A stretch of DNA of 64,000 bases from NCBI GenBank assembly GCA_017626405.1, contig JAGAIS010000007.1:8280-72279 (forward strand), in the 5' to 3' direction. Of this stretch, positions 49,033-60,048 are shown piece after piece. The translations under genes were made by a program, and so were the position numbers. This DNA comes from Bacilli bacterium. GTDB taxonomy: Bacteria > Bacillota_I > Bacilli_A > RF39 > UBA660. The notes beneath the pieces are model-generated. The model searched no databases, had not been told where the DNA came from, and saw only the letters and a list, made by a program, of their open reading frames with translations. Each line of letters starts with the position of its first letter. Within the stretch, counting starts at the first letter, position 1.

Positions 49033-49712
49033 TAAAGTTTAATAAAGTAATAAATAGAAATGAAATAATTTATACATTCGATAATATTTCTATTGTAGTC
49101 AGAAGAAATCCTAAATTAGAAATAGAAATAAGTAGCATTATAGGTGTTGATGAAAAATCCTTAGAATTATATTTAAGTATGGTAATTAAAGATATTAATT
49201 CATGCGAACCTATTTGTGTATCATTTAATAATAACTTACAAGATTCAATTAGTTTTATTATTAGAATTAATAGTTTATATTCCAATGTAATTTTTAAAGT
49301 TAGAGAAGATATGCTTGAAAATGTAAGTAACCATCTAAATGATATTATATTGAATCATCTACCAATTGTAATTAACTATGTGATATCTAGCAGTGAAACA
49401 TCTTTAGAAAGTACTTTAAGAGTATTGAAAGATTTAGATGAATTATATATTATTGATGAGGAAATAAAATCTCGATTTAATTCTTATTTGAGAAATATAA
49501 ATAGAATATATTTAACTAAAGAACTTGAAGAGGGAATATCAGATGATCCATTTGAAAGGGCAACATTTATGTATTATCTCGATCGTTTTGGATTTAAAGT
49601 GAATTTTGAAGGAAAGAAAGAATTAATTGAAAGTTGGAAGAATAGTATTCGAGAGTATTATCAAAATACATACTTCATTAGTAAAAAAAGAAGTTTAAAA
49701 GTTATTCAATAA
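49029..49712 (+). CDS. hypothetical protein (227 aa)
   Basis: Translationally coupled to the upstream ORF. Confidence 0.4.
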   Translation: MIKFNKVINRNEIIYTFDNISIVVRRNPKLEIEISSIIGVDEKSLELYLSMVIKDINSCEPICVSFNNNLQDSISFIIRINSLYSNVIFKVREDMLENVSNHLNDIILNHLPIVINYVISSSETSLESTLRVLKDLDELYIIDEEIKSRFNSYLRNINRIYLTKELEEGISDDPFERATFMYYLDRFGFKVNFEGKKELIESWKNSIREYYQNTYFISKKRSLKVIQ

Positions 49713-49757
49713 CTATTTCTTATATGATATAATAATTATAAGAATAGGGGAATAAAT

Positions 49758-51350
49758 ATGGATAAAGTACTAATATTTGGACATAAGAATCCTGATACTG
49801 ATTCAGTGTGTGGAGCAATCGCGCTTTCTTATTTGAAGAATAAACTTGGCAATAATACAGAACCTAGAATACTAGGGTCTATCAGTAAGGAAACAGCATT
49901 TGTTCTTAATAAATTTAAAGTACCAGTACCTCGTTATTTAAATGATGTTAAAGTACAAATAAAGGATGTAAAGTTTAATAAAAATTACTTAATTGAAGAA
50001 AATAGAACGATATATGATGCATTCAATATTATGAATAAATATGGTTTGACCGGTCTTCCTATAGTTAATAAAAAGAAAGTGTTTCAAGGATATGTATCTT
50101 TAAAAGAGATAGTGTCTGATATGGTAGCAAATAATAATACTTTTATTAACACAACAATGGATAATATATTGAGTACCCTTACGATCGTCGATTATTTGAA
50201 AATTGATGATACTATTTGCGGTAGAGTTAATGTTTTAGACGATTGGAAAAATTATAATTCAGAATCTATTATTATAACTACTAATGTCGATGATATAAAA
50301 TACAACAATAATTTAAAATTGATTATATATAATTCAAACAAGAAGATGAGTGCTACTCTAAAAAGTTTTGCAAGAAATAACAAGATTAATGTTATTGTAT
50401 CTAACGAATCTCTATTTAATATAGCTAGAGTAATCTGTCTTTCTAATCCAATTAATACAATAAAGAGAAATCAAGTTACTATTACATTTAATGAACATGA
50501 TTATCTATCGGATTTTAATGAGGAGACTAGTAAACTTAAACATACTAACTATCCAATAGTCGATAATCAAAATATCTGTCTTGGTATGTTGAGGACAATT
50601 GATGCTAAAGAAATTAAGAGAAAGAAAGTTATATTAGTTGATCATAATACTTTAAGTCAATCTGTAGATGGTCTATATGAAGCAGAGATTTTGGAAATCA
50701 TCGATCATCATAATCTAGGTGATATTAATACGTCTGTTCCTATTAACTTTAGAAGTATGTCAGTAGGTTCAGTTTCGACAATCATATATTATATGTTTAT
50801 GGAAAATAAAGTTAGTATTCCTAAATACATAGCTGGTTTATTACTTAGTGGAATTATTTCAGATACACTTCTACTTGAAAGTCCAACGACTACTGATGTC
50901 GATCGCTTAGTAGCAAAACAACTATCAAAAATTAGTGGATTAGATATAAAAAAATATGGATTAGAATTATTAAGTAGTGGAGTATCAATCGATGGTTTAA
51001 CAGCTAACGAAATAATATTTAAAGATTTTAAGACATATAAAGTATCTGATGATACAATGGCAATAGCTCAAGTATTTACTACTTCATTTAGTGTATTTAA
51101 ACCGCGAATGGAAGAATTAATTGAGGAATTAAATAGATTAGCTGATAATCATGATTATAAAGTATGTGCATTATTTATAACTGACTTTCTAACGAATGAT
51201 TCTTGTCTTCTATATTCAAAATCATCAAAGAGAATACTTGAAATGTCTTACGGAATAGAAAACCTTGAAGAGGGTATTATTCTTCATGGTATAGTATCTC
51301 GAAAAAAACAAATGGTACCAAATATAATGTCTACTTTAGAACACATTTAA
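49758..51350 (+). CDS. ppaC: CBS-domain-containing family II (Mn-dependent) inorganic pyrophosphatase
   Basis: MDKVLIFGHKNPDTDSVCGAIA, DHN/DHH motifs, DHHA2 C-terminus ending GIVSRKKQMVP. A CBS-pair insertion lies in the DHH domain. Confidence 0.88.
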   Translation: MDKVLIFGHKNPDTDSVCGAIALSYLKNKLGNNTEPRILGSISKETAFVLNKFKVPVPRYLNDVKVQIKDVKFNKNYLIEENRTIYDAFNIMNKYGLTGLPIVNKKKVFQGYVSLKEIVSDMVANNNTFINTTMDNILSTLTIVDYLKIDDTICGRVNVLDDWKNYNSESIIITTNVDDIKYNNNLKLIIYNSNKKMSATLKSFARNNKINVIVSNESLFNIARVICLSNPINTIKRNQVTITFNEHDYLSDFNEETSKLKHTNYPIVDNQNICLGMLRTIDAKEIKRKKVILVDHNTLSQSVDGLYEAEILEIIDHHNLGDINTSVPINFRSMSVGSVSTIIYYMFMENKVSIPKYIAGLLLSGIISDTLLLESPTTTDVDRLVAKQLSKISGLDIKKYGLELLSSGVSIDGLTANEIIFKDFKTYKVSDDTMAIAQVFTTSFSVFKPRMEELIEELNRLADNHDYKVCALFITDFLTNDSCLLYSKSSKRILEMSYGIENLEEGIILHGIVSRKKQMVPNIMSTLEHI

Positions 51351-51405
51351 GAGTAAATATTTATTTACTCTTTATTTATTGATATAATTTAGGTAAGGTG
51401 ATAAT

Positions 51406-51735
51406 ATGACGGAATATAAGAAAGTAGTTACTAAATTAGAAAGCAGTGTTAAACCAATTAGTATTAATTCGGAGGATGCTTACAATTATGCAAAGATTCA
51501 AAATGAGGAAAACAATATTATAAATAATATCGAAGAGGAAGAAAATGTCGAAAAAATTGCAACTCCCATTAAAGCTGATGAAAAAACACTTGAATCATTC
51601 CATGATGTCAATGATGTAATAAAAATTACCAAAAAGAAAACTCCAATAATAACTTATGTCATCATGATTGCTATACTCGTTATATTAGTGGCTATTTTCA
51701 TTATATTTGAACTTCCAATATTGAGAGGATTATAA
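51406..51735 (+). CDS. hypothetical C-tail-anchored small protein
   Basis: 109 aa with a C-terminal TM. Confidence 0.35.
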   Translation: MTEYKKVVTKLESSVKPISINSEDAYNYAKIQNEENNIINNIEEEENVEKIATPIKADEKTLESFHDVNDVIKITKKKTPIITYVIMIAILVILVAIFIIFELPILRGL

Positions 51736-51736
51736 T

Positions 51737-52855
51737 ATGAAAGAAAAAGTAAGATTTAGAGAAAAAGTTAAAAGATTTTTTGATGATGATAGGAAGAGAA
51801 GTGTATTTATCCTATGTGTCGTTGTAATACTATTAATAGGCGCATTAATTGCTGCTTATTACTATACGGTCTATGATGTCAAGGAAGAACCAAAAAGTGA
51901 GCCAACAACCGTATCAAAGAAAACTACTGATAGTTTATTTAGAGGTTATCAAGTAAAAGATTTGAATGATAACTCTTATAGCTTAGATTTGGCTTCTAAG
52001 CATGAAATAGTATATTCGAGCAACAAAAAGACAGCTATTTCAACTTGTGTTGATGATTTAGAACTAATCTATGAGGTTAGTTTAAAAGATGGAAATCTTG
52101 AATTCAATGAATTAAGAAAAGATGAAATACTAGGTGGGCAAGTTTATACACACAACAAATACTTTTTGAAACTAGATAAAAAAATTATTAACTTTGTCAT
52201 AGGTTATAATTGTACAAGTTTTGAATATACTATATTAGTACTTGATGAAAGTAACAATATATATAGATATGAAAATACTAATACTTCGAATATGAGTATG
52301 AAAGATATCATCAATTCATTTCAAAAAGTAAAAACAATTTCTACGCCAAAGAAAATAGGTTACTATAATTACAATAATGAGGCTTTCTTGGAATGTGCTC
52401 AAAGTAAAATGGTATACTTAGACAAATCTAATAATATAAGATTGTTAGATAGTAAAAATACTTTGTTCTATGATACTGTTTATTATACTTATTTGGGCAA
52501 TGAAGAGAATGGCGATGTAGTATATGTATTCAAAGATAAACTAATGAAGTATTCTAATATAGATGAATATTTAAGTAATGGAATATCGGAAATTCAATAT
52601 AGGGGATCATTTCACGACGATAAGAATTTATTTATAATTAGCAGTGATAATTATCTATATAAAATATCTTTAACAGAAGAGTTTAGTAATCCTGTTTTAA
52701 CTTCGATAGGAAACTCAAAGATTAAAAGAATAGGTAGCAGAATAGTTGGAGAAAACAACTATGTTACTAATAAAAATAGTATAATTATCGAATTTGAAAA
52801 TGGAGAAAATGTTAAATTTGATGTTACTTATGAGTATGAAATTTTGGGAGTCTAA
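51737..52855 (+). CDS. hypothetical N-terminally anchored protein (372 aa)
   Basis: One N-terminal TM. Abuts the upstream ORF. Confidence 0.4.
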   Translation: MKEKVRFREKVKRFFDDDRKRSVFILCVVVILLIGALIAAYYYTVYDVKEEPKSEPTTVSKKTTDSLFRGYQVKDLNDNSYSLDLASKHEIVYSSNKKTAISTCVDDLELIYEVSLKDGNLEFNELRKDEILGGQVYTHNKYFLKLDKKIINFVIGYNCTSFEYTILVLDESNNIYRYENTNTSNMSMKDIINSFQKVKTISTPKKIGYYNYNNEAFLECAQSKMVYLDKSNNIRLLDSKNTLFYDTVYYTYLGNEENGDVVYVFKDKLMKYSNIDEYLSNGISEIQYRGSFHDDKNLFIISSDNYLYKISLTEEFSNPVLTSIGNSKIKRIGSRIVGENNYVTNKNSIIIEFENGENVKFDVTYEYEILGV

Positions 52856-53457
52856 TTTGCATATTTTCTAATAATATGCTATAATGTTTCATGTGTGGTG
52901 CATTATGCTAGTCATTACACTATTTGAAGGTAGGGCTAAAAATCTACCAATTGTACATCTGACACTTTGCCTATTTGCTTCTTCGGCCCAAGTTGGGGTG
53001 GATAGGTGATTTAAAATTCAAGGATAAATTATAATGGCATATAGTTGATATTCCTTCTATTGAGTCTCTTATACAAAGAATAGTAAATAACGTACATGAT
53101 GTGAGTGGTTTTTAGGGATTAACGATTTAAATGTTATGAAATAGAAATTGCAAAAGCATATAAGAATAGTCACTATTGTTAGGGAAAACCTCTAGCGTGT
53201 ATATATTATAAGTATTGGAGTGCGGACTAAGTGGTAATCGAGTAGTTGATTCGGTGACGACCAACTGCTTAATTTAAAGCGAAAGCGCTTGCGGGTAACT
53301 AAAAGTATTAAGTAGAGAAATTCAACTCGACCAAAGCCGTAAAATTGATTTATAATATACCATACAAGAATAACCAAACTTTAATGAGGGGGAAGCCAAG
53401 TTAAAGTTTTTTTCATGGATTAAAATATGTTATAATAGATAAAGATAGGTGGGTAAT

Positions 53458-53979
53458 ATGAAAGGTAATCGACAATGGATTGTTACAATATTTATATTAA
53501 CTTTTATTTTAGCAATTATTTTTAGTGCTGTATCAAATTGCATTGCAGCGGTATTTAATGAAGTAGCTTTGGCAATTATTCTAATTTCTGTAATCGTGTT
53601 AGGAATAATGTTTGACTGTATAGGAGTATCTGTTATTACAGCAAATGAAGCGACATTCCATTCTATGAGTTCAAAAAAGATTAAAGGAGCTAAAGAAACT
53701 ATTACTTTAATAAAAAATAGTAGTAAAATTTCAACTATTTGTAACGATGTAATTGGAGATGTGTGTGGAATCATATCAGGAGGACTTGGAGCAGTCTTGG
53801 CTATATCTTTATCAACAACAACAGGTATTAATAATACAGTTATATCTGTTATAATATCTTCTCTTATATCTTCTATGACTGTAGGTGGAAAAGCAATATT
53901 TAAGAGTATTGCAATCTCAAATGCCGATAGAATTATATTTGTTGTAGGCAAGATAAAACACTTTCTTAAGATTAAGTAG
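53458..53979 (+). CDS. hypothetical polytopic membrane protein
   Basis: 4 TM helices. AGGTG RBS. An alternative GTG start at 53449 is possible. Confidence 0.5.
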   Translation: MKGNRQWIVTIFILTFILAIIFSAVSNCIAAVFNEVALAIILISVIVLGIMFDCIGVSVITANEATFHSMSSKKIKGAKETITLIKNSSKISTICNDVIGDVCGIISGGLGAVLAISLSTTTGINNTVISVIISSLISSMTVGGKAIFKSIAISNADRIIFVVGKIKHFLKIK

Positions 53980-53985
53980 GTTCAT

Positions 53986-54579
53986 ATGAAGAAAGAGAAA
54001 TTGATAACTTTAATTTTATTAATTATATTATTATTAATAGATATTATTTTAATACTAACTGGTATTATGAACAATATAGATTCGATAGTATATGATTTTA
54101 TATTTAGTTTTAATAATACTACTTTAACAAATATCTTTAAAATAATATCGTTATTAGCAAGTACAAAGATGGTTATTATATATAACATAATAATTGTGAT
54201 TGTTATGATTATAAGAAAAAGTAACAAACTAGTATTAGTTCCAATAGCATCTTCGTTAAGTGGATTTATAACTTATATTATTAAAATCATCGTAGCAAGA
54301 GAAAGACCGGGAATTAATCCATTAGTAATTGAGAATACTTATTCATTTCCTTCGGGTCATTCGATGATTTCCATATTGTTCTTTGGGACTCTTTTATATA
54401 TAATTAACCGAGAGAATTATAAATATAAAAAAGTATTCAATATTATTATACCGATATATATCTTGAGTGTAGGTATATCGAGAATATACTTGGGAGTACA
54501 TTATTTCAGTGATTGTATTTCGGGCTATTTAATAGCTGGTATAATATTGGTATTATTGACTATAAGGAGAGAAAAATGA
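53986..54579 (+). CDS. PAP2 family phosphatase (undecaprenyl-diphosphatase / PgpB-like)
   Basis: PAP2 motifs KIIVARERPG, PSGHS, SRIYLGVHYFSD. Confidence 0.8.
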   Translation: MKKEKLITLILLIILLLIDIILILTGIMNNIDSIVYDFIFSFNNTTLTNIFKIISLLASTKMVIIYNIIIVIVMIIRKSNKLVLVPIASSLSGFITYIIKIIVARERPGINPLVIENTYSFPSGHSMISILFFGTLLYIINRENYKYKKVFNIIIPIYILSVGISRIYLGVHYFSDCISGYLIAGIILVLLTIRREK

Positions 54580-55334
54580 GAGCATTAATTACTGGAGCTA
54601 GTAGTGGAATTGGCTATTCGATGGCTAAATATTTAGCAGTTAAGAATATTGATTTAATCTTAGTTGCAAGAAGAAAGAATAGATTATTGGAATTAAAGAA
54701 AGAGTTTAAGAATATCGATATTGAGATAATACCATTAGATTTATCTATCGAAGATAATCTAGAAGTATTAGTTAATTCGACAATTGATAAGGATATCGAT
54801 ATTCTGATAAATAATGCTGGATTTGGATTATTCGGAACTTTTGATTCGACTGATCTTGAAACTGAGATGAAAATGATTGATGTAAATATTCGTGCAGTAC
54901 ATTATTTGACAAAATCATTTTTAAAAAAATTTATTAAGGAAGATAAAGGGTATATTTTAAACGTTGCATCTTCAGCTGGTTTCATGGCAGGTCCAAAACT
55001 TTCAACTTACTATGCAACTAAAAATTATTGTTTAAGATTAAGCGAAGCAATCTATCAGGAATTAAAAGAGAAAAAGAGCAATGTACACATATCTGTATTA
55101 TGTCCTGGTCCTGTAGATACTGAGTTTAACACTGTTGCTCACGGTGTATTTAAAACTAAATCAGCAACACCAGAATATGTAGCTAAATATGCTGTTGATA
55201 AAATGTTTAAGAATAAACTTTTAATTATTCCAACAATAAAAATGAAAATGGCAATATTCTTAATTAGATTTGTACCAACTAAATTACTCTTACATATTAC
55301 TTCTAATATACAAGAGAGAAAAATAAGCAAATAG
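54576..55334 (+). CDS. SDR family oxidoreductase
   Basis: MRALITGASSGIGY start after GGAGAG. NNAG, YxxxK (YYATK). Confidence 0.8.
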   Translation: MRALITGASSGIGYSMAKYLAVKNIDLILVARRKNRLLELKKEFKNIDIEIIPLDLSIEDNLEVLVNSTIDKDIDILINNAGFGLFGTFDSTDLETEMKMIDVNIRAVHYLTKSFLKKFIKEDKGYILNVASSAGFMAGPKLSTYYATKNYCLRLSEAIYQELKEKKSNVHISVLCPGPVDTEFNTVAHGVFKTKSATPEYVAKYAVDKMFKNKLLIIPTIKMKMAIFLIRFVPTKLLLHITSNIQERKISK

Positions 55335-55335
55335 T

Positions 55336-55674
55336 TTAACTATTTGCTTGTTTTTTATTATCTAAGTATTCTAATTTTTCTTTTATAAAACTTTCATCTT
55401 TTATTAATTCGAGTTCTTCATCATTGAGTTTTTCAATTCTATGATTTTGCTTATATTTATCCTTTTCTTCATCACTTAGTTCTTGTACTAAATCATTATA
55501 TTCTCTAATAAAACATAAACCGTCTTGAAATATAGACTCATATATAACAAAATTATCGTTTGGGAAATTACTTGTTCCTGTATATTTTGGATTAATAGCT
55601 AATATCCTGTAAATATTCTTTTCTACTAAACTATTTCCTTTAAAATGTTTATATAAACTACCGACTTCTAACAT
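55336..55674 (-). CDS. DUF1653-like domain protein
   Basis: GSLYKHFKGNSL...YRILAI matches the DUF1653 YRHYKG...Y core. Confidence 0.5.
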   Translation of the reverse strand: MLEVGSLYKHFKGNSLVEKNIYRILAINPKYTGTSNFPNDNFVIYESIFQDGLCFIREYNDLVQELSDEEKDKYKQNHRIEKLNDEELELIKDESFIKEKLEYLDNKKQANS

Positions 55675-55756
55675 TTATATCACCAATAATATTATACTAT
55701 AATTTGACTATAAATCACTAGTAGTGTATACTATTAAGACAAAAAAGGGGATATTT

Positions 55757-56581
55757 ATGGCTAGTTTTTTAAATGAATTAAGTTATTTTATTCTTCCATA
55801 TTTAAGTGATGATGGAAAATTTATTGAATGTATCACAGAATCAAATAACTATAATATGGAACTAATTGAAAAAGATCGAGATAGAATACTAGAATTTATC
55901 TTTAAACACTTTAATATAAGAAAAGGTTCTATTAGAATAGATGAACTATTATGTGGAAGGGATTATCGTCTGTGGAATTATCTTCGTACCATGCGAGAAC
56001 TTGATGTATTAGATAAACTAGTAGGCCTATTAATTGCCGTTGGAATATTTGAAGATTCCTGTTTAACAAGAATAAAATCTTTTTGTGAAATGAAGAGTTA
56101 TGGTGAATTTTTGATTAGAGAAAACTTCTGTTTATTCGATGATGAAACGATTGCCAATTATCTCCTAACTATAAGAGACTATGTACTTCATTTGTATCGT
56201 TTTAATGTTAATGAAGATATATTTGAATATATGACTAAATTTGCTAATACCGACCAAAATAAAGATATAAAAGAAAAACTTATTGCTTGGATAAAAACAA
56301 GTAAGATACCAGCAAGTGAAAGAGATTTAGAAGTAATAAATGGATTTTTAAACAATAATTTAGAACAATTTATAAATGCTATAGTAACTGGATTTGATTT
56401 CGATCAGGGACCTGAAATGCTAGTTAACTATTTGAAATTCGATCCGGATTTTTGTTATATGGGAGAAATCAATAATTTGATAAGTAGATATAATTATAAT
56501 CAAAGAGAAGATTTAGAAAACAAAAAGAGACTATTCTTTGACTTCATAGAAGAAACTCTTAAGAAAAGAAAATTACAATAA
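55757..56581 (+). CDS. hypothetical cytoplasmic protein
   Basis: ORF. ATG 55757 after GGGG. The ORF-track start at 55724 is the alternative. Confidence 0.4.
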   Translation: MASFLNELSYFILPYLSDDGKFIECITESNNYNMELIEKDRDRILEFIFKHFNIRKGSIRIDELLCGRDYRLWNYLRTMRELDVLDKLVGLLIAVGIFEDSCLTRIKSFCEMKSYGEFLIRENFCLFDDETIANYLLTIRDYVLHLYRFNVNEDIFEYMTKFANTDQNKDIKEKLIAWIKTSKIPASERDLEVINGFLNNNLEQFINAIVTGFDFDQGPEMLVNYLKFDPDFCYMGEINNLISRYNYNQREDLENKKRLFFDFIEETLKKRKLQ

Positions 56582-56618
56582 AAAAGTCTATTGAAATTAA
56601 TCAATAGACCTTTTTATT

Positions 56619-57389
56619 TTACTTTTTTAACTTATCAACAAAATCTGTAATATTTTTTTGACCAAAAGCATTTAATACTTCAATTGGAATAGCAAATATT
56701 ATAGTATTTGATTGATCTGATGATACATCATTGATAGTTGATAGAGTTCTAAGATGTAATGCTCCCGGAGCACTAGACATTATTTGAGCAGCTTCAGCTA
56801 AGTTTTGAGCAGCCTCTTTTTCACCTAAAGATTTAGTGATAACAGCTTGTTTTTCTCTTTCAGCTTCAGCAATCTTAGCAATAACTCTTTGCATTTCATC
56901 GGGAAGTTTTACATCTTTAAGTTCAACATTCTCAACTTTGATTCCCCAAGGATCAGTTGCTTCATCAATTATTCTACATATTTCAGATGATATTTTATCT
57001 CTTTCTGTTAATAATTCATCAAGTGAAACAGCACCAACTGCATTACGCATAGTTGTTTGAGCAAGTTGGGATACAGCATATTGAAATCTTTCAACAGCAA
57101 TAATTGCTTTAGCTGCATCAAATACTTTATAGTATATAACTGCATTAATTCTAATAGTTACATTATCTTTTGTAATCGCATCTTGTTCAGGAACATCAAC
57201 AGCCTTAGTACGAATATCGACTTTAGTAAATGATTGAATAATAGGTAAAACAATTTTCCAACCTGGTGTTAATATTTTCTTATATTTACCAAATTGAAAT
57301 AGTATTCCTCGCTCATATTCATTTATTTGTCTAATAGAACATAAAAGAATAATACCAACTACAATAAGAATAGGGAAAATAAACTCCAT
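56619..57389 (-). CDS. SPFH/band-7 (stomatin-like) membrane protein
   Basis: N-terminal TM followed by an SPFH domain (coiled-coil EREKQA region). Confidence 0.8.
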   Translation of the reverse strand: MEFIFPILIVVGIILLCSIRQINEYERGILFQFGKYKKILTPGWKIVLPIIQSFTKVDIRTKAVDVPEQDAITKDNVTIRINAVIYYKVFDAAKAIIAVERFQYAVSQLAQTTMRNAVGAVSLDELLTERDKISSEICRIIDEATDPWGIKVENVELKDVKLPDEMQRVIAKIAEAEREKQAVITKSLGEKEAAQNLAEAAQIMSSAPGALHLRTLSTINDVSSDQSNTIIFAIPIEVLNAFGQKNITDFVDKLKK

Positions 57390-57485
57390 AAATAAACTCC
57401 TTTCTAGTTATATTGTATAATTAATAGTATTAAAATACAACTAATATTGACTTTTAAAACTAAGTAAAGTAGTATAAAATTATAA

Positions 57486-58367
57486 ATGGGTGATGTTATG
57501 AAAGTAGTAAATGATTTCAAAGAATATGAAATATTAGATATGTCAAATGGCCAAAAGTTAGAGAGATGGAATGAAATATTGTTATCGCGACCAGATCCTC
57601 AAATCATTTGGAAACAAAAACTTAAGCCAACTTTGTGGGATAGTGTGGATGCTCATTACACGAGAAGTAAGACAGGTGGTGGAGAATGGCACATCTATAA
57701 TAAAGATATGCCAACTAGTTGGACGATTAGATGGAATGATTTAACTTTCAATTTAAAACTTATGGGATTTAAACATACTGGTTTATTTCCTGAACAGGCA
57801 TATAACTGGAATATAATTAGAAATAAGATAAAGGAAGCTAATAGGGAAGTTAAAGTATTGAATCTTTTTGCCTATACGGGAGGTGCAACTGTAGCTGCTT
57901 TATCAGCTGGAGCATCGGTGGTTCATGTCGATTCTTCGCGCGGAATGGTCGATTGGGCAAAAGAAAATGTCAAATCATCAGGTTTGGAAAAATGTCCTGT
58001 TAGATATATTGTTGATGATGTCGTAAAATTTGTTGAGCGCGAAATAAGAAGAGGGAACAAATACGATATTATTATCATGGATCCACCTTCATTCGGAAGG
58101 GGTTCAAATAAGGAAATATGGAACATTGAAACCGATCTATATAATCTAGTAGATCTATGTACAAATATTTTATCAGATGATCCTATTATGTTCTTGATTA
58201 ATTCATATACTACTGGATTATCAATGAATGTACTTTCCGATGTTTTAAAATTGACAGTTAATAAAAAGTATAAAGGAACAATTGATACTGATGAATTAGG
58301 ACTTCAAATGAAAGATTCTGATTTAGTACTTCCTTGTGGAATATATGCTAGATGGGAAAATAAATAA
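57486..58367 (+). CDS. class I SAM-dependent methyltransferase (RlmI/RlmK-like rRNA methyltransferase family)
   Basis: LNLFAYTGGATVAA SAM motif I. IIIMDPPSF. Alternative ATG at 57498. Confidence 0.7.
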   Translation: MGDVMKVVNDFKEYEILDMSNGQKLERWNEILLSRPDPQIIWKQKLKPTLWDSVDAHYTRSKTGGGEWHIYNKDMPTSWTIRWNDLTFNLKLMGFKHTGLFPEQAYNWNIIRNKIKEANREVKVLNLFAYTGGATVAALSAGASVVHVDSSRGMVDWAKENVKSSGLEKCPVRYIVDDVVKFVEREIRRGNKYDIIIMDPPSFGRGSNKEIWNIETDLYNLVDLCTNILSDDPIMFLINSYTTGLSMNVLSDVLKLTVNKKYKGTIDTDELGLQMKDSDLVLPCGIYARWENK

Positions 58368-58423
58368 TTTAATACCTATATTAAAAAATACAAATAATAA
58401 AGAGTTAGAAATTTCTAACTCTT

Positions 58424-59416
58424 TTATTCATATAGGGATTCATCATCTTCAAGGGAATCATCGAAGTTAACATCTATGTTGATATCTTCTTCTTTTTCAT
58501 CTTTTTGTTTTTCTCGACTTTGTTTCTTTTCTTTCTTTTCTTCCTTTGAATCTTTTTCATCTTGGATAAATGATTCGACATTCTCATTTTCGATTACAAT
58601 CTTGTGTTCGTCGCCTTCAATTACTTCCTCGTTGTCATAATCACTTATCTCTTCATCTTTAACCATATCGGAAATATCAACAGGTTCTAAAGATTCAGTA
58701 TCTTCATCCTCAATATCATCCATGATATCTTCATTATTTTCGTTTTCTATATCGGTACTATCATCACTAGGAGTAACATATTCATCAATATCGATATCCT
58801 CTTCATCGTTTTCTATGTATTTTTCATCATTTTCTAAAGTTGTTTTTGTTTTTTGACTAGAACTAGATTCAATATCGTTATATTGTTCCATTACAGGCAT
58901 ATTAACAGTTAAATTATTTTTATGTGTCGATGAATAATTGATAATATCTCCCAAGGCAGTAGAGTAATAATTATAGGCATCTAAGATTCTATTTAAACAT
59001 ACTTCTAAAGTTTTCTTTTCAGCAGTAAGTTTTACCAATTTAGCTTTTACATTTTCTGCCTTATCTACTAATTCATTCATTGCATTCTTATCTTTAACAA
59101 TTTTTCTTTTTCTCTCATCGATCTTTAAAGAGATTTCTTTATTAGCAGCTATTAGAATATTGGCAAGTTCATCATCCTTAAAACGTTCAACTAATTTTTG
59201 ATAATCTGTTTCGAAACCTTCGATATCTGCATTCATCTTCTCGATTTTAGCTTTTGATTCAAAGAATTCAGTTTTATATTTTTGTACTTTTTCTAATTGG
59301 GCATCAATTTCAATGCTATTAGCTTTAAGTTTTTCTTCGTATTCTTCTTTAATTGTTGTTAAATTAGCAATAATGTCAGTTAATCTACTGTTTGTCTCAT
59401 TAACTAAATTGTCCAT
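58424..59416 (-). CDS. coiled-coil protein with a long acidic (D/E-rich) C-terminal tail
   Basis: About 170-aa coiled coil followed by DIDIDEYVTPSDDSTDIENENNEDIMDDIEDEDTES... Confidence 0.45.
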   Translation of the reverse strand: MDNLVNETNSRLTDIIANLTTIKEEYEEKLKANSIEIDAQLEKVQKYKTEFFESKAKIEKMNADIEGFETDYQKLVERFKDDELANILIAANKEISLKIDERKRKIVKDKNAMNELVDKAENVKAKLVKLTAEKKTLEVCLNRILDAYNYYSTALGDIINYSSTHKNNLTVNMPVMEQYNDIESSSSQKTKTTLENDEKYIENDEEDIDIDEYVTPSDDSTDIENENNEDIMDDIEDEDTESLEPVDISDMVKDEEISDYDNEEVIEGDEHKIVIENENVESFIQDEKDSKEEKKEKKQSREKQKDEKEEDINIDVNFDDSLEDDESLYE

Positions 59417-59530
59417 AAAAAAATCCCTCTATTCTTTATAATAAAAATTATACAATATAAAAAAATGTTTGTAAATATATATTATATATGAAAAGCAAAA
59501 TAAAATTTTGTGTAAACTTTAAAAAATATA

Positions 59531-59559
59531 TTGACTTAAGAAAGAAAGTTGCATATAAT
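59531..59559 (+). promoter_or_regulatory. consensus sigma-A promoter (TTGACT-17-TATAAT) followed by a leader of about 490 nt
   Basis: -35 at 59531-59536, -10 at 59554-59559. Confidence 0.6.
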
Positions 59560-60048
59560 GGAGATACTTAGTAAGGTAACTGGCTAAGCAACTGATATTT
59601 ATTAAATATTTATTTTTATCCAAACGAAAATAAATAGAGTAATATTTATCTTTAACTGTTTTATTTTAGTATTAGAGTAGTTGGTTATTGAATAATCAAA
59701 AAAAACTCTAATACTTCAAAATATTACAAGACTGCTTTAGTTTTTATACTTATATTTATTTCATTGGACGGGATGTTCAATACTAGGTATGAGTATATTT
59801 GTTACCAGATGCCTATTTTGGTCTTATCTTTTTACTAAGTATGTGATCACAGTGAGAAAGAAAACTCGATTTTATTAGATAAGCGATTATAGATGATGAC
59901 CTGACATTCATCGGAAATAATTGATCTAAAAACTAGGAAATATATAGTTGTCAGCTGTATATTTTTTTTGTGGTTATTTTTATTTAATGCTATTGCATAT
60001 AAAATGTAAGTTTGATATACTTTTAATAGGATAAAGAGGATTGAGAAT

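Noticed and set aside
53430-54227. Minus-strand ORFs 53430-53951 and 53982-54227
   Set aside because: Antisense to the membrane protein and PAP2 genes, which have family motifs and RBSs.
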